64,000 nucleotides of DNA from contig PKDX01000021.1 of the NCBI GenBank assembly GCA_002862745.1, forward strand, positions 36,523 to 100,522, given 5' to 3'. How positions within the stretch are numbered: position 1 is the first letter of the stretch; every line of letters starts with the position of its first letter. The notes under the pieces were generated by a model. The model worked only from the letters and a program-made list of their open reading frames with translations. It was not told the DNA's origin and did not search any database. Positions 30,023 through 43,208 of this stretch are shown here, piece after piece. Made by a program: the position numbers and the translations under genes. The DNA is from Bacteroidota bacterium (GTDB lineage: Bacteria > Bacteroidota > Bacteroidia > Chitinophagales > UBA8649).

Positions 30023-33000
30023 CTAGCTATTTTCCGTTTGTGTCTCTTCAGCGGCCTCTTCCTCTGGCTGTGCTTCAACCGCCTTCATTTTAGCCAACTC
30101 CTCTTTCGAACCAACGATTAGATTTTGGAAGGCTGGAAGACCTGTACCTGCTGGAATCTTATGTCCTACAATTACATTCTCCTTCAAACCAATCAACTTA
30201 TCAGACTTCGCTTCAATAGAAGCAGAACTTAGAACTTTCGTTGTTTCTTGGAAGGACGCAGCTGATATCCAACTGTAAGCGCTTAATGAAGACCTTGTAA
30301 TACCCTGTAGAATAGGCGTAGCCGTTGCAGGAACCGTGTCTCTAAATTCTGAAGGGGTCTTATCCTCACGCTTAAGTTTTGAATTTTCCTCGCGAATCTT
30401 GCGAAGCGTTAGAATCTGACCGCGCTTAAGTATTTCAGAATCACCTGCATCCGTGACATATTTTAATCCAAAAACTTTGTCATTAGATGCTAAGAAATCA
30501 AATCGGTTTACAACTTCTCCTTCAAGTAAGTTGCTATCGCCCTGATCATTGATGATTACCTTGCTCATCATTTGACGAACGATCACTTCAATGTGCTTAT
30601 CGCTGATCTTGATTCCCTGAAGTCTATAGACATCTTGAATCTCATTCACTAGATACTCCTGAACAGCCTTAGGTCCTTTGATATTTAAGATATCTGAAGG
30701 AGTAATCGATCCATCGCTTAGTGGAGACCCAGCACGGATATAATCCTGATCCTGTACAAGGATCTGCTTCGTGAGCTTCACTAAGTACTTCTTCACCACA
30801 CCATCAGCAGATTCAACTCGAATCTCGCGATTTCCACGCTTGATTGAACCGAAGCTTACAATACCATCAATTTCAGATACAACTGCAGGATCCGAAGGAT
30901 TTCGAGCTTCGAATAGCTCAGTAACTCTTGGAAGTCCCCCTGTAATATCCTTAATCTTACCTGCAGAACGTGGAATCTTAGCCAAAACTTGACCTGATTT
31001 CACTTCACTACCCTCGGGAACTACAATATGCGCAGCGACCGGAAGGTTGTATTCCTTGATTGCAGCAGATTTGCTATTAGACACAACGTGAAGAGAAGGA
31101 ATCATTTTCTTATCCTTGGATTGGATGACAACTTTCTCTTTGAAACCTGTTTTCTCATCCATTTCCTCACGTGCTGTTATGTTATCTGCGATATCTACGT
31201 ATTCGAGTTTACCTGGTGTAGTCGCAACAATTACATTGTTGAAGGCATCCCAATTACAAATTAGATCGCCTGCCTTAACTTTTGCACCATCCTTGACATA
31301 AAGCATTGCGCCATAAGGGATATGGTGGGTGTTAAGCACGCGTTCACCATCCTCACGCATCAATCGCAATTCACCCGTACGACCAATAACTACGGCAACT
31401 TTCTTACCCTGATCATCTTTAGAAGATACAGTACGAAGACCATCAAACTCGATGACTCCATCAAATTTTGCATTGATTTTAGATTCGGACTCACTCACAG
31501 AAGCAACCCCCCCTACGTGGAAGGTACGCAGTGTTAACTGAGTTCCTGGCTCACCAATGGATTGAGCAGCGAGAATACCCACAGCATCTCCCATCTCAAC
31601 CACTCGATTTGAAGCAAGATTTCGTCCATAACACTTCACACAAACTCCTCGGCGTGCCTCACATGTCAGCGGAGAACGTACATCAACAGTATCGATGTTT
31701 GCCTCAGTTATACGTTTAGCGTCATGCTCCATGATCATACTACCCGCCTCAAGGATTACTTCATCATTTTGTGGATTGACAACATCATTAAGCGCAACAC
31801 GCCCAATAATTCGATCTTCCAATCCTTCAACCACTTCATCATTTTGAATTAAAGCAGTAACGCTCAATCCACGAAGGGTATGGCAATCTTCCTCAGTAAC
31901 TACTACATCCTGAGCAACATCGACTAGACGACGTGTCAAGTATCCCGCATCCGCCGTTTTCAAGGCTGTATCCGCAAGACCCTTTCGAGCACCGTGTGTT
32001 GAGATAAAGTACTCAAGTACAGAAAGACCTTCCTTAAAGTTGGCGAGAATTGGATTTTCAATAATCTCATTTCCTCCACTACCAGAAGATTTCCTTGGCT
32101 TAGCCATTAGGCCCCTGAAGGCTCCTAACTGCTTGATTTGCTGCTTCGAACCACGCGCACCTGAATCAAGCATCATGTAAATGGAGTTAAACCCTTGCTT
32201 GTGCGTTGCCAATTGCTTCATCAATGTATTGGTGAGTCGATTATCGACCCTTGTCCATATATCAATGATTTGATTATAACGCTCACGGTCAGTAATCAGT
32301 CCCATGTTGTAGTTTTCAACTACTTCATCAACTTCTCCCCGAGCATCGGCCAGCATTTCAACTTTTTCCGCTGGAATTAAGACGTCTTCTAAATTGAAGG
32401 ATAGACCTCCTTTAAATGCCCAGATAAACCCTAAATCTTTCAAATCATCTAAAAATGCTACTGTACGTGGAACATCAGTTGCTTTGATAATATTTGAGAT
32501 AACTGTTTTAAGGTTACGCTTCGTAAGCAGGTAGTTGATGTAAGGAACACCTTCTGGCACAATCTCATTGAACAGAATACGACCAACTGTTGTCTCCGTC
32601 AACTCCTTTTTATTCGTCTCGTGATTTAGAATCGGCATTTTCACAAAAGCGTGAAGATCAACTTTGCCTTCATTCCATGCAATTTTTGCATCATCCGCAT
32701 TGTAGAAGGTAAGTCCCTCTCCTTTCACTACTTCCTTCTTTGTACTGCGCTTTCCGTTAGAGATGTAGTATAGACCCAAAACCATATCCTGTGTAGGAAG
32801 GGTGATTGGAGATCCATTCTGAGGGTTAAGAATGTTGTGCGAAGACAACATAAGCATCTGAGCCTCAAGAATTGCCTCATTTCCTAATGGAACGTGCACT
32901 GCCATTTGGTCACCGTCGAAATCCGCATTAAATGCCGTACAAACTAGTGGGTGAAGACGAATTGCCTTTCCTTCGATTAGTTTAGGTATGAATGCCTGAA

Positions 33001-34384
33001 TCGATAGACGGTGAAGGGTTGGGGCCCGGTTAAGTAAAACAGGATGTCCTTTCAGAATACCTTCAAGGATGTCCCAAATCACAGGTTCTTTTAAATCGAC
33101 AAGCTTCTTAGCACTTTTCACGGTCTTAACAATACCTCGCTCAATAAGCTTACGGATGATAAACGGCTTGAAAAGCTCGGCAGCCATATCCTTAGGAAGG
33201 CCACACTCATGAAGTTTCAAAGTTGGACCAACAACAATAACGGAACGACCTGAATAATCCACCCGCTTACCAAGTAGGTTTTGACGGAAACGACCTTGCT
33301 TTCCTTTAAGCACATCGCTTAATGACTTAAGGGCTCGACCACCTTCCGCTTTTACTGCACTTGATTTTCGTGAGTTGTCAAATAATGAATCGACTGACTC
33401 CTGAAGCATTCGCTTCTCATTTCGAAGGATAACTTCAGGTGCCTTAATCTCTACAAGACGTTGTAAACGATTGTTACGAATAATTACACGACGATAAAGA
33501 TCATTGAGATCCGACGAGGCAAAACGACCACCATCTAATGGAACCAATGGACGTAATTCTGGTGGAATAACAGGTAGATATTGAATAACCATCCATTCTG
33601 GACGATTTTCTACCTCTGTATTTCCAGCACGGAATAATTCAACTACTTTCAAACGCTTAAGCGCTTCAGCTTTTCGTTGACGAGATGTTTCATTAGCTGC
33701 CTGATCACGTAATTGATAACTCAGTTCATCTAAATCGATGCGCTTAAGAAGCTCATAAACCGCTTCGGCACCCATTAACGCGATAAACTTATTCGGATCA
33801 TCGTTTGCTAATCGTGCATTATCTCTGAAGTCATCATGACTGAGGATAGAGAGATACTCCTCCTCGGTAATTAAGTCCATCTTTGCAGGAGTAATTGTTT
33901 CCTCCTCATCTTTTTCATTGATGATTGGAACTCCCTCAGATGCTTTACCGGGTTGAATTACTACATAGCGCTCGTAATAGATGATTGACTCCAACGTCTT
34001 AGAGGAAACCCCGAGCAAGTATCCAATCTTATTGGGTAATGAACGGAAATACCAGATATGCACGACAGGAATCGCGAGCTTAATGTGGCCCATGCGATCA
34101 CGACGAACTTTCTTCTCGGTAACTTCTACACCACATCGATCACAAACGATTCCTTTATATCGGATACGCTTGTATTTTCCGCAGTAACATTCAAAGTTCT
34201 TTGTAGGTCCAAAAATCCGCTCACAGAACAGACCCTCCATTTCTGGCTTGTACGTTCTGTAATTGATGGTCTCGGGCTTCTTTACCTCTCCATAGGAACG
34301 GCTTAGAATGTCATCCGGTGATGTTAGACTAATTCGAACGCTTGAAAACGATGAAGTGCTTTTATCTTTTTTTAATGGCGCCAT
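30023..34384 (-). CDS. rpoC: DNA-directed RNA polymerase subunit beta'
   Basis: 1453 aa. Zinc motif [23 protein letters not shown] and active-site NADFDGDQM. Confidence 0.98.
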   Translation of the reverse strand: MAPLKKDKSTSSFSSVRISLTSPDDILSRSYGEVKKPETINYRTYKPEMEGLFCERIFGPTKNFECYCGKYKRIRYKGIVCDRCGVEVTEKKVRRDRMGHIKLAIPVVHIWYFRSLPNKIGYLLGVSSKTLESIIYYERYVVIQPGKASEGVPIINEKDEEETITPAKMDLITEEEYLSILSHDDFRDNARLANDDPNKFIALMGAEAVYELLKRIDLDELSYQLRDQAANETSRQRKAEALKRLKVVELFRAGNTEVENRPEWMVIQYLPVIPPELRPLVPLDGGRFASSDLNDLYRRVIIRNNRLQRLVEIKAPEVILRNEKRMLQESVDSLFDNSRKSSAVKAEGGRALKSLSDVLKGKQGRFRQNLLGKRVDYSGRSVIVVGPTLKLHECGLPKDMAAELFKPFIIRKLIERGIVKTVKSAKKLVDLKEPVIWDILEGILKGHPVLLNRAPTLHRLSIQAFIPKLIEGKAIRLHPLVCTAFNADFDGDQMAVHVPLGNEAILEAQMLMLSSHNILNPQNGSPITLPTQDMVLGLYYISNGKRSTKKEVVKGEGLTFYNADDAKIAWNEGKVDLHAFVKMPILNHETNKKELTETTVGRILFNEIVPEGVPYINYLLTKRNLKTVISNIIKATDVPRTVAFLDDLKDLGFIWAFKGGLSFNLEDVLIPAEKVEMLADARGEVDEVVENYNMGLITDRERYNQIIDIWTRVDNRLTNTLMKQLATHKQGFNSIYMMLDSGARGSKQQIKQLGAFRGLMAKPRKSSGSGGNEIIENPILANFKEGLSVLEYFISTHGARKGLADTALKTADAGYLTRRLVDVAQDVVVTEEDCHTLRGLSVTALIQNDEVVEGLEDRIIGRVALNDVVNPQNDEVILEAGSMIMEHDAKRITEANIDTVDVRSPLTCEARRGVCVKCYGRNLASNRVVEMGDAVGILAAQSIGEPGTQLTLRTFHVGGVASVSESESKINAKFDGVIEFDGLRTVSSKDDQGKKVAVVIGRTGELRLMREDGERVLNTHHIPYGAMLYVKDGAKVKAGDLICNWDAFNNVIVATTPGKLEYVDIADNITAREEMDEKTGFKEKVVIQSKDKKMIPSLHVVSNSKSAAIKEYNLPVAAHIVVPEGSEVKSGQVLAKIPRSAGKIKDITGGLPRVTELFEARNPSDPAVVSEIDGIVSFGSIKRGNREIRVESADGVVKKYLVKLTKQILVQDQDYIRAGSPLSDGSITPSDILNIKGPKAVQEYLVNEIQDVYRLQGIKISDKHIEVIVRQMMSKVIINDQGDSNLLEGEVVNRFDFLASNDKVFGLKYVTDAGDSEILKRGQILTLRKIREENSKLKREDKTPSEFRDTVPATATPILQGITRSSLSAYSWISAASFQETTKVLSSASIEAKSDKLIGLKENVIVGHKIPAGTGLPAFQNLIVGSKEELAKMKAVEAQPEEEAAEETQTENS

Positions 34385-34411
34385 TATGATGCTATTTGTA
34401 AATGTTTATTA

Positions 34412-37400
34412 TTACTCAAATTTCAAGTCAACTGCGAGACCGCGTAACTCATGTACCAATACGTTGAATGATTCAGGAACGTTTGGTTCAGGCATTGCCT
34501 CACCTTTTACGATAGACTCGTAAGCCTTCGAACGTCCAATGATATCATCCGATTTCACCGTGAGTAGCTCACGCAGGATGTTGGAAGCTCCAAAGGCCTC
34601 GAGAGCCCAAACCTCCATCTCGCCTAAACGCTGGCCACCAAACTGAGCCTTACCTCCAAGAGGTTGTTGAGTGATAAGACTGTACGGCCCGATAGAACGT
34701 GCGTGCATCTTATCATCAATCATGTGGCTCAACTTAAGCATGTAGATTACTCCTACAGTTGTCTTCTGGTGGAAACGCTCTCCTGTTTCTCCATCGTAGA
34801 GATAAGTCTGGCCTAATCTCGGTAAACCAGCCTTATTCATCTCCTCATCGATTTGGGCGATAGAGGCTCCATCGAAGATTGGCGTCGCGTATTTCTTACC
34901 AAGCTTTTCACCAGCCCAACCAAGAACGGTCTCATAAATCTGACCAATGTTCATACGAGAAGGCACCCCAAGTGGATTCAATACGATATCTACTGGGCTT
35001 CCATCCTCAAGGAATGGCATATCTTCTTCACGTACAATTTTTGCCACGATACCTTTGTTACCGTGTCGACCGGCCATCTTATCACCAACTTTCAGTTTAC
35101 GCTTCTTCACCACATAGACCTTAGCTAGCTTAAGAACACCAGCAGGTAGCTCATCCCCAACAGTGATATTGAATTTCTCACGTCCAAGGCGTCCAATCTC
35201 TTTGTTGTGCTCAATGGTGAAGTTGTGAATCAATCGCTTAACCAGCTCATTTAACTTAGCATCTGATGTCCAATTTTGTGGATGGATGTTAAGGAAATCA
35301 ATGGTCTTGAGTAATTTTTGCGTGTACTTCGTTCCTTTAGCAATGATGGTTTCCTTGTAGACGTTTTCAACGCCCGCAGAAGTCTTACCTGAAAGCAATT
35401 CGAAGATTTTCTTGTACATGCGATCCTTTATGGATGCAATACGCTCTTCGTGTGCAGTAACAAGTGTTTCAATCACAGCTTTCTCTTGAGACTTTTTGCG
35501 CTTATCCTTACGGAGTCTTGCAAAAAGATTCGTTTTCATGACGACACCATAGCTCGATGGTGGCGCTTTTAACGAAGCATCTTTCACGTCACCCGCTTTA
35601 TCCCCGAAGATGGCGCGAAGTAGCTTCTCTTCTGGAGTTGGATCACTCTCACCCTTCGGTGTAATTTTTCCAATGAGAATATCTCCTTCGTCAATTTTAG
35701 CTCCTACACGGATGACACCGTTTTCGTCAAGGTTAGCTGTAGCTTCCTCACTGACGTTTGGAATATCTGATGTAAGTTCCTCCTCACCAAGCTTCGTATC
35801 ACGAACCTCCATTTCAAATTCAGTAATGTGAATTGACGTGAAGACATCGTCTTTTACGATTCGATCAGAGATTACAATAGCATCCTCGAAATTGTATCCT
35901 TTCCATGGCATGAAGGCCACTTTTAAGTTTTGTCCGAGGGCAAGCTCACCGTCTTGCGTTGCAAAACCATCACAAAGTACTTGACCGAATTCAACACGGT
36001 CACCTTTACGTACAATGGGTTTTAGATTAACACAAGTTCCTTGGTTTGTGCGACGGAACTTAGGCAATTCATAGGTTGTTAAATCATCTTCAAACGAGAC
36101 TAGACGGTCATCATCTGAACGATCGTAACGAACGACTACTTTGTTTGCATCTACATATTCAACCACTCCATTGCCTTCGGCATTGACAAGATTCATTGAA
36201 TCCTGAGCCACCTTACGCTCGAGCCCTGTTCCTACGATAGGCGAATTAGGCTTGAGTAATGGAACAGCCTGACGCTGCATGTTTGATCCCATCAAAGCAC
36301 GGTTTGCATCATCATGCTCAAGGAAAGGAATCATGGAAGCGCTCACCCCAACAATTTGGTTTGGCGCAACGTCGATGTAGGCAATTTTTTCAGGTTCCTC
36401 TAATAAGAAATCCCCTGTTTCACGAACAGAAACACGCTCATTAACGAAACTACCGTCCTCAGCAAGTCTAGAGTTTGCCTGTGCAATAAGCTTTTCTTCC
36501 TCATCATTTGCTGAGAGGTATAAGCCTTGACCTTCAAGGACTACTCTACCATTTTCAACCTGACGGTAAGGAGTCTCAATGAATCCCATCTTATTGATCT
36601 TCGCATGTACGCAAAGTGTAGAGATCAGACCAATATTTGGACCCTCTGGAGTCTCAATCGTACATAATCGGCCATAATGCGAGTAGTGAACGTCACGCAC
36701 CTCGAATCCAGCGCGTTCTCTTGAAAGACCTCCAGGTCCTAGAGCTGAAATTCGTCGTTTATTCGTGATTTCAGAAAGTGGATTAGTTTGATCCAAGAAC
36801 TGGGATAGCTGACTAGTTCCAAAGAACGAGTTAATAACTGATGAGAGCGTTCGAGCATTGATAAGATCGATTGGCGCAAACACCTCATTATCACGTACAT
36901 TCATTCGCTCACGAATTGTTCTTGCCATTCGAGCAAGACCAACACCAAACTGAGAATAAAGCTGCTCACCAACTGTTCTAACACGCCGGTTACTCAAATG
37001 ATCAATATCATCAATCTCCGCTTTCTGATTAGTTAAGCGGACAAGATATTTAACGATTTCAATGATGTCATCTTTGGTTAGAACACGCATGTCCTTATCA
37101 GCATCATTTTTCAACTTAAGGTTAATCTTGTAACGACCAACTTCTCCCAAGTCATAGCGCTTATCCGAGAAGAATAACTTGTCGATGATTCCTCGAGCCG
37201 TTTCATTATCCGGTGGATCAGTGCCACGAAGTTGGCGATAGATATGCGCTAATGCTTCTTGCTCACTGTTGGCTGAATCTTTTTGCAACGTATTATAGAT
37301 GATCGCATAATCACCACTCTGCTCTTCACGCTGAAGAATTACCGATTCAATGTTTAAATCTAGAATTTGAAGGAAAGCCTCTTCATCGAGTAACACATCG

Positions 37401-38206
37401 CGTTCATAAATAATCTCATTTCGCTCGATAGACACTACCTCACCTGTGTCTTCGTCTACGAAATCCTCTACCCACGTATTGAGAACTCGCGCAGCAAGTT
37501 TACGTCCAACAATTTTGGACTTATTTCTTTTGGTAACCTTAATAGAATCTGCAAGGCCGAATAACTCTAGAATCTCCTTGTCAGAATCGAAACCAATGGC
37601 TCGAAGCAAGGTCGTAACTGGGAATTTCTTTTTTCGATCAATGTAAGCGTACATGACATTGTTAATGTCCGTTGCGAATTCCATCCAAGCTCCTTTAAAC
37701 GGGATAATCCGTGCAGAATAGATTTTGGAACCGTTAGGGTGGAAACTCTGACCAAAGAACACGCCAGGTGATCGGTGAAGCTGAGAAACGATAACCCGCT
37801 CAGCTCCATTAATAATGAATGTACCTTTCGGTGTCATGTAAGGAATATTGCCCAAGAAAACATCTTGTACAGATGTCTTAAAGTCAATATGTTCTTCATC
37901 ATTACACGAAAGACGAAGTTTAGCTTTTAATGGTACACTATACGTTAATCCTCGCTCCATACACTCGTCAATCGAGTAACGCGGAGGATCTACGAAGTAG
38001 TCGATAAACTCTAATACGAAGATGTTTCTTGCATCTGTGATAGGAAAGTTTTCCTGGAAAACGCGAAAAAGTCCCTCATTCACGCGGTTTTCTGCTGTGG
38101 TTTCAAGTTGGATAAATTTTTGGTAAGAACCTACTTGAATATCTAGCAACGCGGGGGATGGGACTTTTAAATCTATTTCACCGAAGTTGTGCCGAATTTG
38201 AGCCAT
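34412..38206 (-). CDS. rpoB: DNA-directed RNA polymerase subunit beta
   Basis: 1264 aa with conserved blocks [28 protein letters not shown] and GRHGNKG. Confidence 0.98.
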   Translation of the reverse strand: MAQIRHNFGEIDLKVPSPALLDIQVGSYQKFIQLETTAENRVNEGLFRVFQENFPITDARNIFVLEFIDYFVDPPRYSIDECMERGLTYSVPLKAKLRLSCNDEEHIDFKTSVQDVFLGNIPYMTPKGTFIINGAERVIVSQLHRSPGVFFGQSFHPNGSKIYSARIIPFKGAWMEFATDINNVMYAYIDRKKKFPVTTLLRAIGFDSDKEILELFGLADSIKVTKRNKSKIVGRKLAARVLNTWVEDFVDEDTGEVVSIERNEIIYERDVLLDEEAFLQILDLNIESVILQREEQSGDYAIIYNTLQKDSANSEQEALAHIYRQLRGTDPPDNETARGIIDKLFFSDKRYDLGEVGRYKINLKLKNDADKDMRVLTKDDIIEIVKYLVRLTNQKAEIDDIDHLSNRRVRTVGEQLYSQFGVGLARMARTIRERMNVRDNEVFAPIDLINARTLSSVINSFFGTSQLSQFLDQTNPLSEITNKRRISALGPGGLSRERAGFEVRDVHYSHYGRLCTIETPEGPNIGLISTLCVHAKINKMGFIETPYRQVENGRVVLEGQGLYLSANDEEEKLIAQANSRLAEDGSFVNERVSVRETGDFLLEEPEKIAYIDVAPNQIVGVSASMIPFLEHDDANRALMGSNMQRQAVPLLKPNSPIVGTGLERKVAQDSMNLVNAEGNGVVEYVDANKVVVRYDRSDDDRLVSFEDDLTTYELPKFRRTNQGTCVNLKPIVRKGDRVEFGQVLCDGFATQDGELALGQNLKVAFMPWKGYNFEDAIVISDRIVKDDVFTSIHITEFEMEVRDTKLGEEELTSDIPNVSEEATANLDENGVIRVGAKIDEGDILIGKITPKGESDPTPEEKLLRAIFGDKAGDVKDASLKAPPSSYGVVMKTNLFARLRKDKRKKSQEKAVIETLVTAHEERIASIKDRMYKKIFELLSGKTSAGVENVYKETIIAKGTKYTQKLLKTIDFLNIHPQNWTSDAKLNELVKRLIHNFTIEHNKEIGRLGREKFNITVGDELPAGVLKLAKVYVVKKRKLKVGDKMAGRHGNKGIVAKIVREEDMPFLEDGSPVDIVLNPLGVPSRMNIGQIYETVLGWAGEKLGKKYATPIFDGASIAQIDEEMNKAGLPRLGQTYLYDGETGERFHQKTTVGVIYMLKLSHMIDDKMHARSIGPYSLITQQPLGGKAQFGGQRLGEMEVWALEAFGASNILRELLTVKSDDIIGRSKAYESIVKGEAMPEPNVPESFNVLVHELRGLAVDLKFE

Positions 38207-38230
38207 TTTGGGGTTTAAAGTTTGTGAGGC

Positions 38231-38277
38231 TTAAAAAAAACTACAAAGCCATGAGCGGGAATATACCCGCTCATGGC
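38231..38277 (-). terminator. intrinsic terminator/attenuator between rplL and rpoB
   Basis: 12-bp perfect stem GCCATGAGCGGG/CCCGCTCATGGC with a 6-nt loop. On the transcribed (minus) strand it is followed by TTTGTAGTTTTTTTT. Confidence 0.75.
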
Positions 38278-38296
38278 ATTTATTAATACTGCTGAA

Positions 38297-38683
38297 TTAC
38301 TTGAGCTCAACGTCAGCTCCAGCTTCTTGGAGCTTAGCAAGCATAGCTTCAGCATCAGCTTTTGGAAGAGCTTCTTTCACTGGTCCAGGAGCTCCATCAA
38401 CAATTGCTTTTGCTTCTTTGAGGCCGAGTCCAGTTAATTCTTTAACTGTCTTAACCACTTGAAGTTTTGAACCACCAGCACCATTCATGAATACTGTGAA
38501 TTCGCTTTGCTCGGCACCGCCGTCGCCACCTTCACCTCCGCCACCAGGACCAGATGCCATCATTACAGCACCTCCTGCTGCAGGCTCAATGCCGTACTCA
38601 TCCTTAAGGATATCAGCAAGTTCTTTTACTTCTTTGATTGTTAGATTAACTAACTGTTCTGCTAATTCTTTCATTTCTGCCAT
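38297..38683 (-). CDS. rplL: 50S ribosomal protein L7/L12
   Basis: 128 aa. N-terminal dimerisation helix, Gly-rich hinge, and a C-terminal domain with [20 protein letters not shown]. Confidence 0.97.
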   Translation of the reverse strand: MAEMKELAEQLVNLTIKEVKELADILKDEYGIEPAAGGAVMMASGPGGGGEGGDGGAEQSEFTVFMNGAGGSKLQVVKTVKELTGLGLKEAKAIVDGAPGPVKEALPKADAEAMLAKLQEAGADVELK

Positions 38684-38709
38684 TATTTCTAAGATTAAAT
38701 TTTTACTAA

Positions 38710-39240
38710 TTATTCACTGCCCTTTTCCTCGAGCGTTTTTATGATACCTGCAAGGTTTGAACCTCCAGAAGATAGAGCTCCTACTAAGTTGGACATTGGT
38801 GATTGTAACAATGTAATTACCTCACCAAGAAGATCCTCTTTAGACTTGAGCGCTGCTAATTCATCAAGATGCTCGTCACCGATAAAGAAATCGGTATCGA
38901 TATAAGCACCTTTGAGAATAGGCTTCTCTTGGTCTTCATCCTTACGAAAATCCTTAATCAGCTTAGCAGGTGCACTTGCCGTTTCCGACAACATGACACT
39001 TGATCCACCTTTAAGAATGTCATACAGGGGAGAATAGTCCTGCTCCAATGCGTCCAATGCTTTGATAAGAAGTGTATTCTTAACAACCTTGAATTCCACA
39101 TTACGCTCGTGACATAATCCCCGTAGCTTGTTAACGGTTGCAACATCTAGCTCCGAAGAATCCGCAATGTAAAAACTGCTTACTCCTTCTAGCTGATTTT
39201 GCAAATCCGCAACGACCTGTTGTTTTTCTTGTCTAGTCAT
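38710..39240 (-). CDS. rplJ: 50S ribosomal protein L10
   Basis: 176 aa, positioned between rplA and rplL, with L10-like sequence. Confidence 0.93.
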   Translation of the reverse strand: MTRQEKQQVVADLQNQLEGVSSFYIADSSELDVATVNKLRGLCHERNVEFKVVKNTLLIKALDALEQDYSPLYDILKGGSSVMLSETASAPAKLIKDFRKDEDQEKPILKGAYIDTDFFIGDEHLDELAALKSKEDLLGEVITLLQSPMSNLVGALSSGGSNLAGIIKTLEEKGSE

Positions 39241-39246
39241 TATTTC

Positions 39247-39954
39247 TTATAAGCCGCGTATGGATTTGATTTCAATATTTAGACCTGGACTCATTGTCGA
39301 TGCCAAAGATATCGACTTAAAGTAGGCCCCTTTCACAGAGGTGGGTTTGAGCTTATTTATGTTTTGAATAAGCTCAGTCGCATTGTCTTCGATTTGCTTT
39401 GGCTCGAAGCTTATACGACCTATGGAAGCGTGAATAATACCGAACTTGTCCACCTTGAATGCAATTTTCCCCTTCTTCACCTCCTCAACTGCCTTCACAA
39501 GATCAGTAGTAACAGTGCCTGACTTCGGGTTTGGCATTAAGCCACGAGGACCTAATGTTCGCCCAAGTCTTGCAATTTTTGGCATAACAGCAGGTGTCGC
39601 AATAATCACGTCGACATCTGTCCATCCGCCGGATATTTTTTGAATGTATTCATCCATTCCGTAGTAATCTGCACCAGCAGCAGCCACAGCAGCTTCCTCT
39701 GATGAGTCACAGAAAACAAGAACTGTTTTAGTCTTACCTGTTCCGTGCGGGAGAGAGACTGTGCCACGAATACCTTGATCCGCTTTTTTCGGGTCTACAC
39801 CTAGATGAATGTGTAAATCAACAGAAGCATCAAACTTTGCCGTGTTGACCTTTTTGATGAGTTCTGAAGCCTCATTCATAGCATACAGTTTCTTTGGATC
39901 AACCAAAGCTTCTGCTGCCTTTCTTTTCTTACCTAATGTTGCCATTTTTTCCAA
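39247..39954 (-). CDS. rplA: 50S ribosomal protein L1
   Basis: L1 blocks (GTVSLPHGTGK, LGPRGLMPNPK). The true start may be the ATG at 39945 (MATLGKKRK). Confidence 0.95.
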   Translation of the reverse strand: MEKMATLGKKRKAAEALVDPKKLYAMNEASELIKKVNTAKFDASVDLHIHLGVDPKKADQGIRGTVSLPHGTGKTKTVLVFCDSSEEAAVAAAGADYYGMDEYIQKISGGWTDVDVIIATPAVMPKIARLGRTLGPRGLMPNPKSGTVTTDLVKAVEEVKKGKIAFKVDKFGIIHASIGRISFEPKQIEDNATELIQNINKLKPTSVKGAYFKSISLASTMSPGLNIEIKSIRGL

Positions 39955-39997
39955 TTTTGAGGTGCAAACGTCTCATCGACTCCCTCGGTGATTACAA

Positions 39998-40465
39998 TTA
40001 TGCTGCAGTTTCTTCTGAGCTCGCCGTTTCCCATGGAGGAGTGCCATTCACTAAAAGTCCCATTGATCGAGCGGTTCCCGCTACCATTTTCATGGCAGAC
40101 TCAATGGTAAACGCATTAAGGTCAGGCATTTTAGTTTCAGCAATCTCCTTCACCTGATCCCAGTTTACAGAACCCACCTTATCACGATTTGGTTCTTTAC
40201 TTCCACTTTTTAGCTTGGCCGCTTCGAGTAATAGGACAGGAGCCGGAGGAGTTTTAATGATGAAACTGAAGCTCTTATCCGAGTAAACAGTGATTACAAC
40301 AGGAAGAACTTTTCCCTGCATCTCTTGACTTCGCGCGTTGAATGCTTTACAGAACTCCATGATATTCAGTCCTTTAGCACCAAGTGCTGGACCAACCGGT
40401 GGAGCGGGATTTGCTTGACCGCCTCGTACTTGAAGTTTTACGTATCCAGTTATTTCCTTTGCCAT
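39998..40465 (-). CDS. rplK: 50S ribosomal protein L11
   Basis: [29 protein letters not shown]. It has a short C-terminal extension relative to typical L11. Confidence 0.96.
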   Translation of the reverse strand: MAKEITGYVKLQVRGGQANPAPPVGPALGAKGLNIMEFCKAFNARSQEMQGKVLPVVITVYSDKSFSFIIKTPPAPVLLLEAAKLKSGSKEPNRDKVGSVNWDQVKEIAETKMPDLNAFTIESAMKMVAGTARSMGLLVNGTPPWETASSEETAA

Positions 40466-40468
40466 TAT

Positions 40469-41017
40469 CTATGCTATTTTTTCAACTTGCATGTAGTTCA
40501 CTTCAACAGGCGTTCGACGCCCGAAGATTTTCACTACAACCTTAAGTTTCTTTTTCTCATCCATAATTTCCTCTACCGATCCGGTGAAGTCATTGAATGG
40601 ACCATCAACAATTTTTACTGTTTCATTGATCATGAACGGTTCAACCATTTCCTCATCACGCTGCTCAAACTCGTCAACTTTTCCTAGTAGACGACGAGCT
40701 TCAGCTTCACGAATAGGTTCAGGACGGCGCCCTCCGATGAAATTGATCACATTGGTCGTACCAGCAATCATCATTAGGACGTCTCCATTGTTGACCGCTT
40801 TATCCGTCATTTCAACGTAAATGTATCCAGGGAACATATTACGCTCCTTGATTACCTTCTTTCCAGCCTTTATTTTATAAACCTTCTCTAAAGGCACTAA
40901 AATTTGTCGCACCTCGTCTTGGTAACCAATTCGCTCGATTTCTCGAGTAATATAGTGTTGGATTTTACGCTCTTGACCGCTAATTACGCGAAGAACATAC
41001 CATTTTGTATCCTGCAT
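40469..41017 (-). CDS. nusG: transcription termination/antitermination factor NusG
   Basis: KWYVLRVISGQE NGN domain and a C-terminal KOW domain (VKIVDGPFNDFTGSV). Confidence 0.95.
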   Translation of the reverse strand: MQDTKWYVLRVISGQERKIQHYITREIERIGYQDEVRQILVPLEKVYKIKAGKKVIKERNMFPGYIYVEMTDKAVNNGDVLMMIAGTTNVINFIGGRRPEPIREAEARRLLGKVDEFEQRDEEMVEPFMINETVKIVDGPFNDFTGSVEEIMDEKKKLKVVVKIFGRRTPVEVNYMQVEKIA

Positions 41018-41023
41018 TGCGTA

Positions 41024-41254
41024 TTAAGTCAAGATTGAATAAATAATACCAGTTACTCCTTTCCAACCCCCTTCAGCACCTGTTGGACGTACGCCTAATA
41101 CGTAGTCCATACCGAAGACAATCAGCGCAGTCATTAACGTGGCAATCAGCACGACTACGGCACTACTTTGTAGTTCCGAAGATGTCGGCCAAGTAACCTT
41201 GTAAAATAACTCTGCATAAGCAGACTGGCAATATGAAATAAGTCGCTTCATCAT
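41024..41254 (-). CDS. secE: preprotein translocase subunit SecE
   Basis: Start set to ATG 41254 (or 41251), because the longer ORF runs into tRNA-Trp. ELFYKVTWPTSSEL block, a single TM, and the position between tRNA-Trp and nusG. Confidence 0.85.
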   Translation of the reverse strand: MMKRLISYCQSAYAELFYKVTWPTSSELQSSAVVVLIATLMTALIVFGMDYVLGVRPTGAEGGWKGVTGIIYSILT

Positions 41255-41263
41255 CACTTGTTG

Positions 41264-41336
41264 CACGGGAGGAGGGACTCGAACCCCCAACCAATGGTTT
41301 TGGAGACCACTACTCTACCAATTGAGCTACACCCGT
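41264..41336 (-). tRNA. tRNA-Trp (anticodon CCA)
   Basis: Hand-folded: anticodon arm GTGGT-CTCCAAA-ACCAT and T loop TTCGAGT. One mismatch in the acceptor stem. Confidence 0.85.
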
Positions 41337-41350
41337 AGGCCTTCGATTAA

Positions 41351-42538
41351 TTATGCAATAATCTCAGTAACCTGACCTGCACCAACCGTACGACCACCTT
41401 CGCGAATCGCGAAACGTAGACCAAGGTCAAGAGCAACAGGGTAAATCAACTCTACTTCGAGCGTTACATTATCCCCAGGCATAACCATTTCAACGTTTGC
41501 TGGAAGCTGAACTTCTCCTGTCACGTCTGTTGTTCTCATGTAGAACTGAGGACGGTACTTGTTGAAGAATGGAGTGTGACGTCCACCCTCTTCTTTAGAG
41601 AGTACGTAAACCTCGCACTTAAACTTTGTGTGTGGAGTGATAGAACCTGGCTTACAGATAACCATTCCTCGCTTGATGTCAGTTTTCTCAACACCACGAA
41701 GAAGAAGTCCAACATTCTCTCCAGCCTCTCCTGTATCGAGAATTTTACGGAACATCTCAACCCCTGTTACTGTAGATGTCATTTTCTCAGCGCCAAGACC
41801 GATGATTTCGACACCATCACCACTATTGATCACACCTTTTTCGATACGACCCGTAGCAACAGTACCACGACCGGTAATAGAGAATACATCCTCAACAGGC
41901 ATCAAGAAATCCTTATCTACATCACGTGGAGGTATTGGAATGGTTGTATCAACAGCTTCCATTAACTCTTCGATAGCTTTTACACCATCCGCTTCGCCAT
42001 TAAGGCCAGAAAGTGCAGAACCTTGAATTACAGGCACATCATCTCCTGGGAAATCGTAGAAGCTCAGAAGCTCACGAATCTCCATTTCAGCAAGCTCGAG
42101 GAATTCAGGATCGTCAACTAAGTCCACTTTATTCATGAAAACAACAATAGCAGGTACACCTACCTGTCGAGCAAGAAGGATGTGCTCACGTGTTTGTGGC
42201 ATAGGACCATCTGTTGCACTTACTACAAGGATAGCACCATCCATCTGAGCAGCACCCGTAACCATATTCTTGATATAATCCGCGTGACCTGGGCAATCAA
42301 CGTGAGCGTAGTGGCGAGCAGCTGTTTCATACTCTACGTGCGCTGTGTTGATTGTGATTCCGCGCTCCTTTTCCTCCGGAGCACCGTCAATCGCATCATA
42401 GTTCATCTTCTCAGCAAATCCTTTGTTCGCAAGAACTGTAGTGATTGCTGCTGTCAGCGTTGTCTTTCCGTGATCAACGTGTCCGATCGTTCCCACATTC
42501 ACGTGGGGTTTCGACTTGTCAAACTTTTCTTTAGCCAT
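41351..42538 (-). CDS. tuf: elongation factor Tu
   Basis: 395 aa with [17 protein letters not shown] and NKVD motifs. Confidence 0.99.
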   Translation of the reverse strand: MAKEKFDKSKPHVNVGTIGHVDHGKTTLTAAITTVLANKGFAEKMNYDAIDGAPEEKERGITINTAHVEYETAARHYAHVDCPGHADYIKNMVTGAAQMDGAILVVSATDGPMPQTREHILLARQVGVPAIVVFMNKVDLVDDPEFLELAEMEIRELLSFYDFPGDDVPVIQGSALSGLNGEADGVKAIEELMEAVDTTIPIPPRDVDKDFLMPVEDVFSITGRGTVATGRIEKGVINSGDGVEIIGLGAEKMTSTVTGVEMFRKILDTGEAGENVGLLLRGVEKTDIKRGMVICKPGSITPHTKFKCEVYVLSKEEGGRHTPFFNKYRPQFYMRTTDVTGEVQLPANVEMVMPGDNVTLEVELIYPVALDLGLRFAIREGGRTVGAGQVTEIIA

Positions 42539-42586
42539 GGTAAAAAATTAAAATTCGAATTAAATAATGTTAACAAAATAAAACTG

Positions 42587-42658
<72 letters not shown>

Positions 42659-42689
42659 TTAAAGGTTACCCGGTTTCGACTCAAGTTCG

Positions 42690-42762
42690 AGCGGGAGACG
42701 AGACTCGAACCCGCGACCCTCAGCTTGGAAGGCTGATGCTCTACCAACTGAGCTACTCCCGC
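42690..42762 (-). tRNA. tRNA-Gly (anticodon TCC)
   Basis: Acceptor GCGGGAG/CTCCCGC and anticodon arm TCAGC-CTTCCAA-GCTGA. Confidence 0.85.
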
Positions 42763-42833
42763 TTATACTCTTTATAAAACCTAAACAAAAACTGTCTCTT
42801 CTCTTTTGAAATACATCATGTCATCAAAAAATG

Positions 42834-42915
42834 TGGGGATGATAGGATTCGAACCTATTCAGCCTAAGCAACAGATTTACAGTCTGCCCCGACTCTCCAA
42901 CTTCGGCGCATCCCC
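42834..42915 (-). tRNA. tRNA-Tyr (anticodon GTA), long variable arm
   Basis: 82 nt. Acceptor GGGGATG/CATCCCC, anticodon loop CTGTAAA and T arm ATAGG-TTCGAAT-CCTAT. Confidence 0.88.
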
Positions 42916-42952
42916 TCCTTATCTAACTCCATGTATACCATAATAAAGGAAG

Positions 42953-43026
42953 AGCCAGTGGAGGGATTCGAACCCCCGACCAACTGATTACAAATCAGTC
43001 GCTCTGGCCAACTGAGCTACACTGGC
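42953..43026 (-). tRNA. tRNA-Thr (anticodon TGT)
   Basis: Acceptor GCCAGTG/CACTGGC and anticodon arm ACTGA-TTTGTAA-TCAGT. Confidence 0.9.
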
Positions 43027-43123
43027 AGTTTTTATTCATTATACTACTCTTAAACAACAATTTCCTTCACGTATTTTCATCTGAAAAAGACATAAATCTT
43101 CCTCAGCATCGTCGAAAAGGACT

Positions 43124-43131
43124 GCAAATAT
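43124..43131 (-). promoter_or_regulatory. candidate Bacteroidota -7 promoter box (TATATTTG) for the tRNA-tuf transcription unit
   Basis: Exact match to the TAnnTTTG consensus on the minus strand, ~95 nt upstream of tRNA-Thr(TGT). I found no well-spaced -33 TTTG. Confidence 0.3.
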
Positions 43132-43208
43132 AATGAAGATGTATGAAGTTGAGACCCTATTTTGCAAAAAAATATGAGCAAAAGACAAATCAATGAACAA
43201 TAAGCTGA